A DNA stretch of 64,000 bases from the NCBI RefSeq assembly GCF_009914755.1, contig NC_060933.1; one strand, 5' to 3'. Positions 45,251 through 58,630 of the stretch are shown one piece after another. A program made the translations under genes and the position numbers. Positions within the stretch are counted from its first letter, which is position 1. Each line of letters begins with the position of its first letter. Below the pieces are notes generated by a model. That model did not search any database, had not been told where the DNA came from, and saw nothing but the letters and a program-made list of their open reading frames with translations. This DNA comes from the human T2T-CHM13v2.0 reference genome, Homo sapiens.

Positions 45251-48037
45251 GAGGGCTGCATGCAGGCGTGCCATGAATGGCCGGCGGCTCTGGCAGGGTG
45301 CTGGGCCCTGGACCGGTGTCTTGGACTGACTCTCACACCTCACCTGTCAGGTTGGAAGTGACACCGTGGCCAGGCTCTGTGTCCCTGTCACTCTTCCACA
45401 CCCACCTGGCTGCTCCGTGTGCTCTTTTATGTATGTGTATTTTTATCCCTAAAATAACTGCCATGTGCATTTGTTCTGCCTCCTTCCAGGTGTTTTTCCC
45501 TGCATGTGTCACACTGTGGTGGTCATGGTGGCCACACCATTTGTCTGCTATCCTGGTCTTTAGTTGATATGATTTATTGGCCAGCCCCTTAGGGAGTTGG
45601 GTGGTTTTCCTATACATGACAGACAGCAGACACAGTCTGTCATGATATATTAAATATCTGTGGGCTATGGCATTGGGCAGACATTTCAGACTGACTATTC
45701 CCTACTGCTGAACATTTAGGTATTTTGATTTTTTCCTGTCCTAATTAATACTGCAAATAACATCTTTATACATAGAGCTTTCCCACCCACTGAAAATACT
45801 TACTATTTTTTTCCTTAGGATAGGTTGAGCCTTTATTGGGCTGTCAAGGTGTCTTCCTAGACCTCATGGTGTCACTGAATTGGATCCATTATAACCCTCC
45901 ATTCATCTGCTTGGCTCTCGACAGACTCACAAATGTGCTCAGAGGCCAAGTCACCCTGTGTGCTGCCAGCCCGGGTGAGTGTGCCTCTGCCCTCCCACTG
46001 GCCTGGCTTTGTTGAAAGTGTCTTTTTCACGTTTTAACTATTAATAGAGAAGGAGATATGCCTTCTTTTCTTCAGAAGGAGTAAAATGTCCCCCTTATGT
46101 TTCTTTTCTTCTTGATTTAGGTGAGGTCTGTCTCAGTCTGTGGTCAGTTTTGCTCATTTGTCATTAAAGAAAGCCATGCTACCCACATGGTGCCCCTTTC
46201 CCTGCAAGGAGCTGTGTGCTGGATACCACATCGTCCACTGTCTGTCATTTATAGGAAACCCTCCTTTCTCAGGACACAGACCCTGGAGATGGAAAGGTGC
46301 TTGGGTGCCATCAGATACTTTTTTTATTTATGAAGATAAAATTTGGGAGAAGTCCAAAGTTGACACTAATTGTGAAAAATTCTCATAATACTAAAAGGTA
46401 GAGCTAAAAACACAAAAATCCTCTCACATCCAAATACGCTATGGCAACTGCTCTCTACCTTTTGGTGAACATCCTTGAAGAACTTTCTCCACACAGGTGC
46501 ACAAATCTCCTTGAGAGATCTGGGCGAGTTCGACAGGCAGGGCAGACATAACAAATGGTCATCCATCTCCTTTGCAGGGCATGTGTGTTCATGTCATGTC
46601 ACGATCTGTTCAGAGTACTGTCATCAGCAACAGAGCATGGCTCGGCACACGGGCAAAACTGCACCAACCACGATGCATGGACACAGCACCCATCTAGCCC
46701 TGACCTGGTGGTTTGTTTGTGTCCCCTTGCTCTGCCCTACCCAAGGAGGATGGGGGGTTCAGTGTGTAAAAAAATAAAGTCTGGACTCATAGATAATATT
46801 ATTATACTGTGGAGACAGGTCCTTTTTTTTTTTTTTTTTTAAAAGCATTTTAAATATGGGAGAACCAGGCCTGGAGAGGTGAGCTAACCTGCCCCGGTCC
46901 CACAGTGCGGGTAGGACAGGCTGGGGCTGGACCCTAGCCCCCTGATCCCAGGCCCAGGCTCTCTGCTCCTTTTGGCTGGAAACCTCCAGCTCTAAGGGCT
47001 AGTAGGAGTTCCTCAGGGCTGGGCTCTAAGCTTCTGGGGGCCAGGGGAGTTGGGGCAGTGCCAGGAGTCCAGGGATGGTAGCATTTGGTTTTTCCAGCCA
47101 ATGCAGAAACAGCACCTGCTATAACCCCAGAGGCCAGAGGACTTCCAAGAATGTACTGCTCAGAGTGGGGGCCTCTGCTGGAGGGGTGGGGCCAGAGACG
47201 GCAACCCCCAGGTTTGCTTTATCAGAGTGGAGGATGGGCCGGCCCCTGAAACCAGAGCCCGTGAGGTGCGGGAGCTTCCCTGCGCTGAGGATGGCTCACC
47301 AAGCGCCTCTGCGTGGACGCTTGTCCCCCCGAATTTCCTACAAGAGACACGAGGCAGAGCTGCCATTTGTCCCTGTTAGAAAGAGGCTCTCCACAGGTGG
47401 GGGTGCCCTGGCTTCTCGCTGGTTCATCCCTGGGCCCCTTCTCTCTTTCCGCTCGCACTTCTCCAGGCTCAGGGGCTGTGTCCCCTCAATGTGCCGATGA
47501 GGGCACGACATCTTGGTTGCTGAGCAACCAAGACACGAACCAGAGCCCCAGGGCTTCCTGTAGGGGCTGACGTGGCTGGGCCTCACCAGAGTGACCAGGT
47601 CTCCACCTCTGTCTGGGCCCTGGGTTTTCTTGTCCTTGTGTTTGCGTGATGGCCACAGGGCTGGTGCCTCCGACCTGCTGGGAACCGTGCCTGAGCGGGT
47701 CTGTGCTCAGCGTCTGCTGAGTCTCTGGGCCTGGCAGAGGCTGCTTAGGAGGCCAAGCAGGGAGCACCCCTGACGCCCATGGGATCCCAGTGAGACAGTG
47801 CTGAACTGTGAAATACACTCCAACTTGTCCAAGACAGCTTGGTTTTGTCCCCGTTTTTTCCCCAGAAGCCCCTTTTATTCATATTTTACCGATTTTTGGG
47901 TGCTCCAGACACACGCCGGCTCTGCTCCCTCGGAGAGCCAGCCCTTGGCCTGCCTGCAAAGGTCCCAGGCTCCTGGGAGGCCCCGTGCGGGGGTACACAG
48001 CACTCCCAGAGCTGGAAGCCTGCGCCATCCTTCCTAG

Positions 48038-48361
<324 letters not shown>

Positions 48362-48920
48362 TGAAATAATAGAACATGATTACCCATACGACCACCACCT
48401 GGATTCAACAATGCACTCATCATGTTTCCTCCCGGCTCCCTCTCTGCAGCGTGGCCAGGGATGTGGCACCTCGGCTGGAGGCTGCAGCTCCTGTCAAGGG
48501 ACTCTGCCTAGAACTGCCCTCTCAGAGCCCAGAATCTTCCCCGTTCCTTCTTCAGACCAGTGGGTGGGAGTAATGGCTCCCACTGTCGCTAGCACTGTGG
48601 GCATACCATTCATCTCAGGGTCCCTAACCCCGTCCAGAGAGTGTGTAAATTGTCCCTCTACTTCACGTCCCCAGCCACCCAGTCGGACTGGCCTTCTGAC
48701 CGACGTCTCTGTGTCTCCTCCTCCTCCCCCTTCCTCCTCTCTCCTTCTTTCTTTTCCTCTTTTCGTGTCTTCCTCCTCCTCCTGCCTCCTTTCTGGTCTA
48801 ATAACCACTTGGAAGAAAGCTGCAGGTGTCCTGAAACTTGACCTCCAAACAGGCGGATATCCCTCTCCTGAGAATAGGGACAGTTTCCTTCAGAACCACA
48901 GCATCAGCACCTGAGACAAC

Positions 48921-50028
48921 TGATCATCCCCTCCCATCCCCTCCCATCGCCTCCCATCCCCTCCCATCCCCTGGGATCCACTCCGCATGTGAATTTCCTA
49001 ATTGTTCACCTGACCATCCCCTCCCATCCCCTCCCATCACCTGGGATCTGGTCCACATGCGGATTTCCTAATTATTCACTTGACCATCCCCTCCCATCCC
49101 CTCCCATCCCCTGGGATCTAGTCCACATGTGAATTTCCTAATTGTTCACCTGACCATCCCCTCCCATCCCCTGGGATCCGGTCCACATGTGAATTTCCTA
49201 ATTGTTCACCTGACCATCCCCTCCCATCCCCTCCCATCACCTGGGATCCCGTCCACATGCGAATTTCCTAATTGTTCACCTGACCATCCCCTCCCATCCC
49301 CTCCCATCCCCTGGGATCCAGTCCACATGCAGATTTCCTAATTGTTCACCTGACCATCCCCTCCCATCCCCTGGGATCCGGTCCACATGCGAATTCCCTA
49401 ATTGTTCACTTGACCATCCCCTCCCATCCCCTGGGATCCGGTCCACATGTGAATTTCCTAATTGTTCACCTGACCATCCCCTCCCATCACCTGGGATCCG
49501 GTCCACATTCAGATTTCCTAATTGTTCACCTGACCATCCCCTCCCATCCCCTGGGATCCGGTCCACATGCGAATTTCCTAATTGTTCACCTGACCATCCC
49601 CTCCCATCCCCTGGGATCCGGTCCACATGTGAATTTCCTAATTGTTCACCTGACCATCTCCTCCCATCCCCTGGGATCCGGTCCACATGTGAATTTCCTA
49701 ATTGTTCACCTGATCATCCCCTCCCATCCCCTGGGATCTAGTCCACATGCGAATTTCCTAATTGTTCACCTGACCATCCCCTCCCATCCCCTCCCATCCC
49801 CTGGGATCTGGTCCACATGTGAATTTCCTAATTGTTCACCTGACCATCCCCTCCCATCCCCTCCCATCCCCTGGGATCTGGTCCACATGTGAATTTCCTA
49901 ATTGTTCACCTGATCATCCCCTCCCATCCCCTGGGATCTGGTCCACATGTGAAGTTCCTAATTGTTCACCTGACCATCCCCTCCCATCCCCTGGGATCCG
50001 GTCCACATGCGAATTTCCTAATTGTTCA
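48921..50028. repeat. 60/70-bp minisatellite, 17 units
   Basis: TGACCATCCC(CTCCCATCCC)1-2CTGGGATCCGGTCCACATGTGAATTTCCTAATTGTTCACC; spacings 70,70,60,70,70,60x7,70,70,60,60. Confidence 0.97.
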
Positions 50029-51689
50029 AAACGGCCCGTTATGCTTATTTTTGAGGCAGTGCATGCTTGTGCCTGGTGTGTCTGGTTCAGCCTTGGATCT
50101 GTTTTATGCCAGGACATGCCCATCTTCTATTTCCCCATGATGCTGACTTTTGGAGGCCAGAGCCAGTGCCTGGCAGCCTGTCCTGTTGCGGGGTCCCTCT
50201 TCCCCTGTGTGGCACCCCCAAAGGCTGGCTCAGGGTCGGTCAGCCTTTCAGAGAAGAGCGCTCCCTGCATAGTCCTGCTGCTGAGGCCACGTCATCTCCT
50301 GCGAGGGGCGTTGCTAAGGCCAGTGGGTTCTTTCAGCAAACCCACCCTGGCTCCTGCTGCCTCAGGACCAGTGACACGGGCCCAGCCCTGCCCACAGCAA
50401 TCCCCCTTGAGGCCACGAATGCGGCTCAGGAGGCCCAAGTGTGCACAGTGAGCTCACACCCACTTCCAGCCAACAACCCTCTTGCCTGGTGAAACTTCCC
50501 TGGGCTGCCGGACCTGCGAAATCCCAAAATGCCAAACATTCCCGCCTCACATGATCCCAGAGAGAGGGGACCCAGTGTTCCCAGCTTGCAGCTGAGGAGC
50601 CCGAGTTTGCCGTCAGATCAGAGCCCCAGTTGCCCGGTCTGCCGCAGCTCTGCTAGATACGACGGGGTCAACAGGGCCCAACGCCCTCATGCAGCCCGGC
50701 CCCGCCCCATGCTGGGGGTTCATACGGTGACCTCTTTCCCTTCCTTGACGGAGGCTCTTCGCTGGACAGTAGACAGGCAATGCCCAGAGTCTTCTGGCCT
50801 ACGTGGCCTCCTGGCCTGGAGACGCTGTGCCTGGTCGGGGACCTGGTCTGGTGGGGTTTTCTCTCAGCTGTGTGCTCCCCCAGGCCTGATGGAGCCCAGC
50901 CTCCCGGGCACTGACAATCAGGTTAAAAGAAAGCACCAATGGGCGGCAGGGTGCAGTGCCTCTTCGCCACCAAGACTTCACCCGTTCACTGACCTCCTCT
51001 TCCTCCTGTTCCTGGGAGCCACCATGAGTCCAAGCACTGCCGGATGGTGCAGAGAACAGCAGCCCAAGTCTAGTGTGCTGACCGGCGGCAGCCTGCGCTG
51101 CGGCTGAGGATGAAATCACCGTGTTCGAATCCCAGCTCTGAGGGCCAGCCGGAGTGGCCCAGATGTTTCCACTCAGGGTTTGGCAAAGGCACCGCCAGGA
51201 GGAGGACAAGAGCGGAGAAAGGCGACTGCCTGAGTGCAGCGGGAAGTTGGGAGCTGCTGCCCTTCAGACAGCTGCCGTTGGAGCTCCCCGAGGGTTCCTT
51301 TGGATCAGCCCTGGCCCGAGACCTTTCCAGGGAGGCAGGCTCCTAGTGGCTCTTCTGAGCACCCATCGTTTGTAACCACAGAACCAGGGCACAGAGCCCA
51401 GGGGACAGAGTTGTGTGCTGCCCGAGGAAACAAGGATCTGTAGGCTGAAGCAGCTCTCGGGCATGCCGCCGCCACGGAGGGTCCCCGGAGAACAGGAGCC
51501 TTCAGGGTTTGGTGGTGTCTGTGGAAGGAGTTCCTAGGTGGCCAGAATTCAGAAAGACAGCACGAGGGGTCGAGGCTGCCCCAGGAACCCTCAACCCACC
51601 CTGTATCAGTGTGAATTTACAGGAGTGCCACAGGTTTGAAGCAGCCCAACTTTAATGCTTTAAACTCAGTGATTCATTGGTGGAAATCT

Positions 51690-51900
51690 TGTCTCACTCC
51701 ATGAGGATTTGAGGTGGTTCTCGGGAAACTGTACAGTGAAGAATTAAAGTGAGAAGACACTAGGAAAACCCTGAGCCAGATGCTCGGGAACTGGAGCATG
51801 GAGATGGTTACACAACCTTGGGAATCTACTCAATGCCCCCGAACTGCACAGAGCAAAGTGGTTAAAGTGGTACATTTTATGTATTCTCCTGCAATAAAAA
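51690..51900 (+). mobile_element. L1MB-type extreme 3' end
   Basis: GATGGTTACACAAC..TGGTTAAAGTGGTACATTTTATGTA..CAATAAAAA. Confidence 0.7.
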
Positions 51901-52640
51901 GACAAAAAAAAGCAAAACCAAAACAAAACAAGAAAACAACTCTGGGCTGGGGAAAATTCCAACTAGAGCGGGGAGAAGGAGAAGACAGAGCCGGGCCCAA
52001 GTCCTCCCAGCTGGTGGGGTGGAGCTGTGGCTCGCGGCCCCCTCTTCTGCCTGCAGCCAAAGGGAAAAGAAAACTGTCCATTTGCCGTCATTCTGAAAAG
52101 ATAAATTGACCTGCTACGTGCCAGGCCCTGTGCTGGAGGCATGACACTGATGATGAAACCAAAACAGTCCCACCCTCAGGGAGCCCCCGCTGTGGGGAGC
52201 CCCCGTACACTTGTCCCTCTTCATGGGGACAGCAATGTGAGTTCCTCCAGGTGGAAGTCCGTTTTCAGGCAGTGAGTCTCCAAGAGATTTCACACAACCT
52301 TGTGGGGAACGGGGCTGTGGGACCATGCATGGCCCAGACGGGGCCCTAGAAACAAGCTAAGAAGAGAGACCTGGTGGTCCGGCGGTGGAACTGGGACAAT
52401 GGAGTGGAACGTCCAACCATGCCAGGAGGTGAGTCACTGAGTGAAAGGGTGGAAGGCCCAGGGTGATGGAGAGGGGACATCAGATGGCAGCAGCAGAGGT
52501 TCCCGAAGCTTTCTGGAGCCAGGGAAGGTCTGTGTGTGCAGGAAGGGTGATGAGGGCTGGAGGCTGCCGGGCTCTCTGGGAGGGAGGGGCTGAGCTGCTC
52601 AGGGGAAGAACATCCGGGAAGCCCAGCTTGAGAATCGGAG

Positions 52641-53079
<439 letters not shown>

Positions 53080-53719
53080 TCACGTAGGCATCTAGCTTGT
53101 GAGGAAGGAGCAACTGATGAGCGGATACATGTGCCTCCTCACTTGGCATCATGTTTTCCATGTCATTCTTATTGAAGCATGAATCAGAGCTCCATTCCTC
53201 TTCATGGCTGAGTAATACTCCATCAAATGGGTGGAATACATTTTATTTATCCATTCGTCAATCATCTTAGGAGGAAGCGTCCCCATTCTGTGCATAAGGA
53301 AGAGATTGAATAACTCACTGATGGCTTCACACTGCTGCATGGTGGAGCTGGGATTTGAGCCCTCCTCTGTCCAAGTCAAAGCCTTTGTCCTGTGATGAGG
53401 CTCTAGTGGAAATCGCCCAAACACCTAGAAGATCTGGACAAATTGCAACAAACATCCCCTCAAAGGCATAAATGATTGCAGAAAAAAATAACCTTTCTGA
53501 GAGGGAGGGTGAGGAAGCAGGCATTGAAAACCAAGCAGAGCGTGACCCATGAGCCCTTGGGACTCCTTGGGATCATTGCCGAAACCAGCTCCTGGAATTA
53601 GAGATGGGGGCAAGGTCTGGGCCAGTAGTGCGTGGAGAGTCAGGTCTCCGATGAAAGAGGAGGTTGGATCTCTGGAAGGGTGACAGCCCTGGGGAAAGAG
53701 TGGTCTGTTTTCTGGGACA

Positions 53720-54730
53720 GTTTTGTTGAGATACAATTCACATCCCAGGCAACCCACCCACTGAAGGTGTCCCCAGTCTATGATTTTTACCATATTCACA
53801 AGGTTGTGCAACCAGCACCTCAACGTAATCTTAGAACATCTTCATCCCTTCGAGAGGAAACCCCATTCACATTCTCCTGACTCCTTCCCTCAGCAGTCAT
53901 GAATCTACTTTTGGTCTCCATGGATTTGCCAATTCTGGGCATTTCATATAATGGGAATCAGGCAGTATGTGGCCTTTTGTGTCTGTCTGCTTTCACTCAG
54001 TGTCATGCTCTCAAGGTTCATTCTTGTTGTAGCATGGATCAGTACTCTGGGCCTTTTGATGGCTAATACTCCATTGTATGGGTGTAATACATTTTATTTA
54101 TCCATTCATCAATTGGTGAACATGGGGGTTATTTTCACTTTTTGGCAGCTACAAATAATGCTTCCATGAACACCCATGTGCAAATTTTTGTGTGAATGGA
54201 CATTTTCATTTCAGAAGTTGAATTTCTTGATTATGTGTTAACTCTATGTTTAATTCTGTGAGGAACTGCCAGACTGTTCTCTCACAGTGGCTGCGTTATT
54301 TTACATTCCCTCCAGCAGTCTATACAAGTTCTGATTCCTTTACCCGCTCACCAACACTGGTTATCATCTGTCTTTTCTGTAACAGCCATCCCAGTGGGTG
54401 TGAAGAGGTATCTCATTGTTGTTTTGATTTGCATTTCCCTGACAGTGAATGACGTTGAGCATCTCTTCATGTGCTTGCTGGCCATTTGCAAATCTCCTGA
54501 ATAGACATTCAGATCCTTTTCCCTTTTAAAAATTACATTATTTGTCTTTTTATTATTGTGGTTGAAGAGTTCTTTCTATATTTTGAATATACAAGTCCTT
54601 AATCAGGAATGTCATTTGCAATGATTTTCTCCTATTTTGTGGGTTATCTTTTCATTTTCGTGACATCATTATTTACAGCATGGAGTTTTAAATTTTGATG
54701 TGGTCCAGTTTATGTCTCTCTAGTTTTTGT
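53720..54730 (-). mobile_element. L1MB-type 3' region
   Basis: Collinear antisense L1 3'UTR and ORF2 end (GAGGAACTGCCAGACTGTT, GATTTGCATTTCCCTGA). Confidence 0.85.
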
Positions 54731-54747
54731 CATCGTGCTGATCTACT

Positions 54748-54871
54748 TTATTTTTGGGACAGGGTCTTATTGTATTGCCCAGGCTGGTCTGAAATTCCTG
54801 GGCTCAAGTGACCTTCCCACCTTAGCCACCCAATAAGCTAGGATTACAGGAATGGGCTGCAGAACCTGGCT
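54748..54871 (-). mobile_element. FLAM / Alu left monomer
   Basis: GACAGGGTCTT..CCTGGGCTCAAGTGA..GGATTACAGG. Confidence 0.8.
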
Positions 54872-55079
54872 GTGACCTCCTTTTGTTATTTTTTTTAACC
54901 TTTTTGCTCTGTCTCTGAGAATTCATAACCATACATCTTCTCTCATATGAATTCAGTGTTCAAATTTGTACCAACTATATAGTTTATGAAACTCTTAACT
55001 TGGGGATGAAGTTAAAAATGTTTAAGATGATTGCAGATGCATACAAGTGCAGGTGCACGCTATACAGTTCCCTCTGTTT

Positions 55080-57200
55080 TCCCCAAGATTAATACCAGCC
55101 AAAAATTAACTCACAATCCAAAATTAGAGACCATGGATGGAGGCAAACCAGCTCAGGCATAAGTCAGCAGAGAAAACAACAGCAGTGCTCAAGCCTTATG
55201 GATTTCAGATATTGATAGTATCAGATATAAAACACACTGATAAGTGTGTTTAAAGAAATAAAGAATTAAATCAAACATGAGAAAATATCAACAGTCATGA
55301 GTAATTTTTTCAAAAATAATCCAAATAGGCCTTTGGAAATAGAAAATAGAAGCATTCAATTGAAAACTTATTGGATGGGCCTAAAAGAAGATTAGATACC
55401 ACTGAGGGGGAATTAGTGAACTAGAAGATATAGCCAAAAATTATTCAGAAAATAGTGGAGAGAGACAGCACAGAAAATATAGAAGAGGGATTGAGAGACA
55501 TTTCAGAAGATGTCTTAGTTATTTATTGCTGCATAACAAATTACCTCCGAAATTAAGGTTCAAAACAACAGCAATCACTTCTCATTTCTCACTGTTTCTG
55601 TGCATAAGGAACTGAGAATCTCGGTTGGGCTGTGCTTGGGGTCTCATAAGGTTGAAGGTAGTTGATGGCTGGGGCTGCCATTATCCGAAAGCTCAACTGG
55701 GGCTAAGGATCCACTCACATGGCAGGAAAATTGTTGTAGGTTGCTTGCCAGGGCTCTTAATTCCTTTCCACCTGGGCCTCTTCATGCGCTGCTTGGGTGT
55801 CCTCAGAGTGGCAGGGAGGCATGGTGCCCAGCTTCCTTAAAGTGAGAGATTCAAGTGGGTGTGTTTGTGTGGAGGGGGGAAGCTGCAAGGGTTTTTCAGA
55901 TCCAGTCTTGGATGTCACACACTGTCACTCCTGCCACACTGTGTTGGTCATACAGGTCAGCTCTGATTCTGGTGTGAGGGTCCCCCCATCATGGAGGCCA
56001 GCTACCATAGAAAGAGAGAAGGGGGAAGATGGATACAGCAGTAATTAAAGCAATGGTAGCTGAGAGTTTTCTGTAACTGATGAAAGACATGCATCCTCAG
56101 ATTCAAGAAGCCCCATCAAGGCAAGCTGGGTATTTACTATGTGACATTTAGACATATAGTAAATATGTGCTAAAAGCAAAGAGAAGATCCTGTAAGCAAC
56201 CATACAAAAGACAGATTCCCTATCAGAGAGCATGTAGGCTGCCAGCCAATTTCCAACAACAACAAAAAAAGCCCCAAACAAAAACAAAGCCCCAAACAAT
56301 TAGAAAATATTTTCAAAGTGCTCCAAAAGAACTGTTAACTTCAATTCTGTACCAGATAAATGTCATTGAAATCATGGTGGATAAGGAAAATTTCAGACAA
56401 ACTAAAGCTGAGCTAGATCCTCCTCACAGACCCACTCTAAAACAACTTGTAAATAATATAAATCAAGAGGAAAGAAAATGATTCCAGAAGGGAGAATGAG
56501 ATGCCAGAAGGAGTGACATGTGAAAGAATCATTTAGATTTACTCACACATTCATCCAAGGCCGACTGAGTAAGTACTCTTGGGAAGTCAGCAGGGAAGTG
56601 GGGAGTAGAACAGAAAGGGAGGTGGCCAAGGGGGAGGCTCTCAGCAAAGCCCGAAGAGTGAAGAGCAGGGCTTCGGCCTGGCTGTTACCCCACTCCAGGG
56701 AGGGGCTGGGTTTTTATGCTTCCCACCCTCAGGCCTGGTCAAGAGTAGGTGGAGGGCAGCCACCGTTCCCTCTGATTCTTCCAGCCTATGGGAAAAAATG
56801 GGCTGCAATATCCCAAGGGCAAAAAATAAAAATATAAATAAATAAAAAGACCTAGAATTGCTGCTCTTGGAAGCAAAAGTCCACTGACGCCAGAGGGTGC
56901 TCAAGAAATGGTATAAAGCGGAGGCCACACATCAGCCTTGTCTACTTTGACTGCATTAAATAATATCCAGTTTGAAAGATTAAAAAAAAGAACTAAAATA
57001 TCAGCCACAGCTAACAGGAGAGGATTTGGTGGCAGTTAAAGTGTCTTGCGTTTCTTTTACTGTTTAAGAGAAAGGTAGAGAAATCAATTTCAGGCTTAGG
57101 TATGCATGTCAAAATGGTGAGGACAACGGCTAAACATAAACCGAAATAGAATGGTTTACTGCCAAACAGCAGAGGGGAAAAACAGAATGAAATTGACAGG
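55080..57200 (+). mobile_element. Ancient L1ME 5'/ORF1-region fragments interrupted by old LTRs
   Basis: A-rich; GATTAGATACCACTGAGGGGAATTAGTGAACTAGAAGATA and CCTCAGATTCAAGAAGCCC are ORF1-like motifs. Confidence 0.65.
55511..56008 (-). mobile_element. MLT1 (G/H-like) LTR
   Basis: TGTCTTAGTTATTTATTGCTGCATAACAAATTACC...ATGGAGGCCAGCTACCA. Confidence 0.75.
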
Positions 57201-57785
57201 CTGGAAAAACATATGAAACCCAGGTATGTGCTGTTTTTGGAAGAAGGTTCTCATAAGGAAAGAGAATCAAGGCAGGACCCAGGTCTGTTATGGGGAGCCT
57301 TGGGTCACCCTGCCAGCCGAGGCCGTGGCAGAGGACAAGAGGAACACAGAACCTGCATTGGGAGAAAGGAGCTAGGAGTGCTGACCTGGGTGCGAGGCCA
57401 GCTCCAGAAGCGGGATGGTGGCAGCTCTGCTCCTGTCATTTCCTTCCCGCCTCTGCTCTTTCCACTCCACTGATGTGAAGAGCCTTGGTGGTAGCTGATC
57501 TGTCACATCTCACGAGGAGCCATGTCCAGACACCACTCATGATGACATGGTAGCACGTGGAGGACAGCAAGTTTTCAGCCAGAGGAAGGACACGAGTACA
57601 TGGAGGTTGAGGGGCAAAAGGGGTGGAATGTATTGGGTGTATTTTTTTTCTTTTTTTAAAATGGCTTTATTGAGATTTATTTTATATACCAAACAACTCA
57701 CCCATTTAAAGTGTACGATTCAATGTTTTTTGGTATGTTATTATTTTTAAAAATTGTGGTAAAATATATAAAACATACAATTTGT

Positions 57786-58100
57786 GGCCGGGGCCATGGC
57801 TTACGCCTGTTATCCCAATGCTTTTGGAGGCGAAAGTGGGAAGATCGCTTAAGCATTCCAGGAGTTTGAGACCAGCCTGGGCAACATAGTGAGACCCTGT
57901 CTCTACAAAAAAATTAAAAAATTAGCTGGGTGTGGTGGCACAGGCCTGTAGTCCCAGCTACTAGGGAGGCTTAGGCGGGAGGATCGCTGGAGCCCAGGAC
58001 ACTGAAGCCGCAGTGAGCCGCGATTGCACCGCTGTATCCAGCCTGGGTGGCGGAGTGAGACCCTTCCTCAAACAACAACAAGAACAACGACAAAAACCCA
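57786..58100 (+). mobile_element. AluJ
   Basis: GGCAACATAGTGAGACCCTG and GGAGGATCGCT..AGCCCAGG; (CAA)-rich tail. Confidence 0.92.
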
Positions 58101-58308
58101 AAATAACCTTTGCCATTTCAACCATCTTAAGTATATAATTCAGTGGCATTAATTACATTGGCAATGTGTAACCACCACTATCTGTTTTCCGAATGTCATG
58201 AACCCAAAGAGAAACTACACCCACTAAGTAGTTAACTCCCCATTCTTCCCTCTTCCAACCCTGGTAACCTCTAATCTACTTTCTGTCTCTGTGAATTTGC
58301 CTATTTTA

Positions 58309-58630
<322 letters not shown>

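Noticed and set aside
48921-50028. CRISPR-like array (also considered for 26046-26771 and 627-1325)
   Set aside because: The units are head-to-tail with no unique spacers, there are no cas genes, and the context is primate DNA.
56885-56902. CTCF-like motifs (also ~52478 and ~25842)
   Set aside because: They mismatch at core positions, and such matches are expected by chance in GC-rich DNA.
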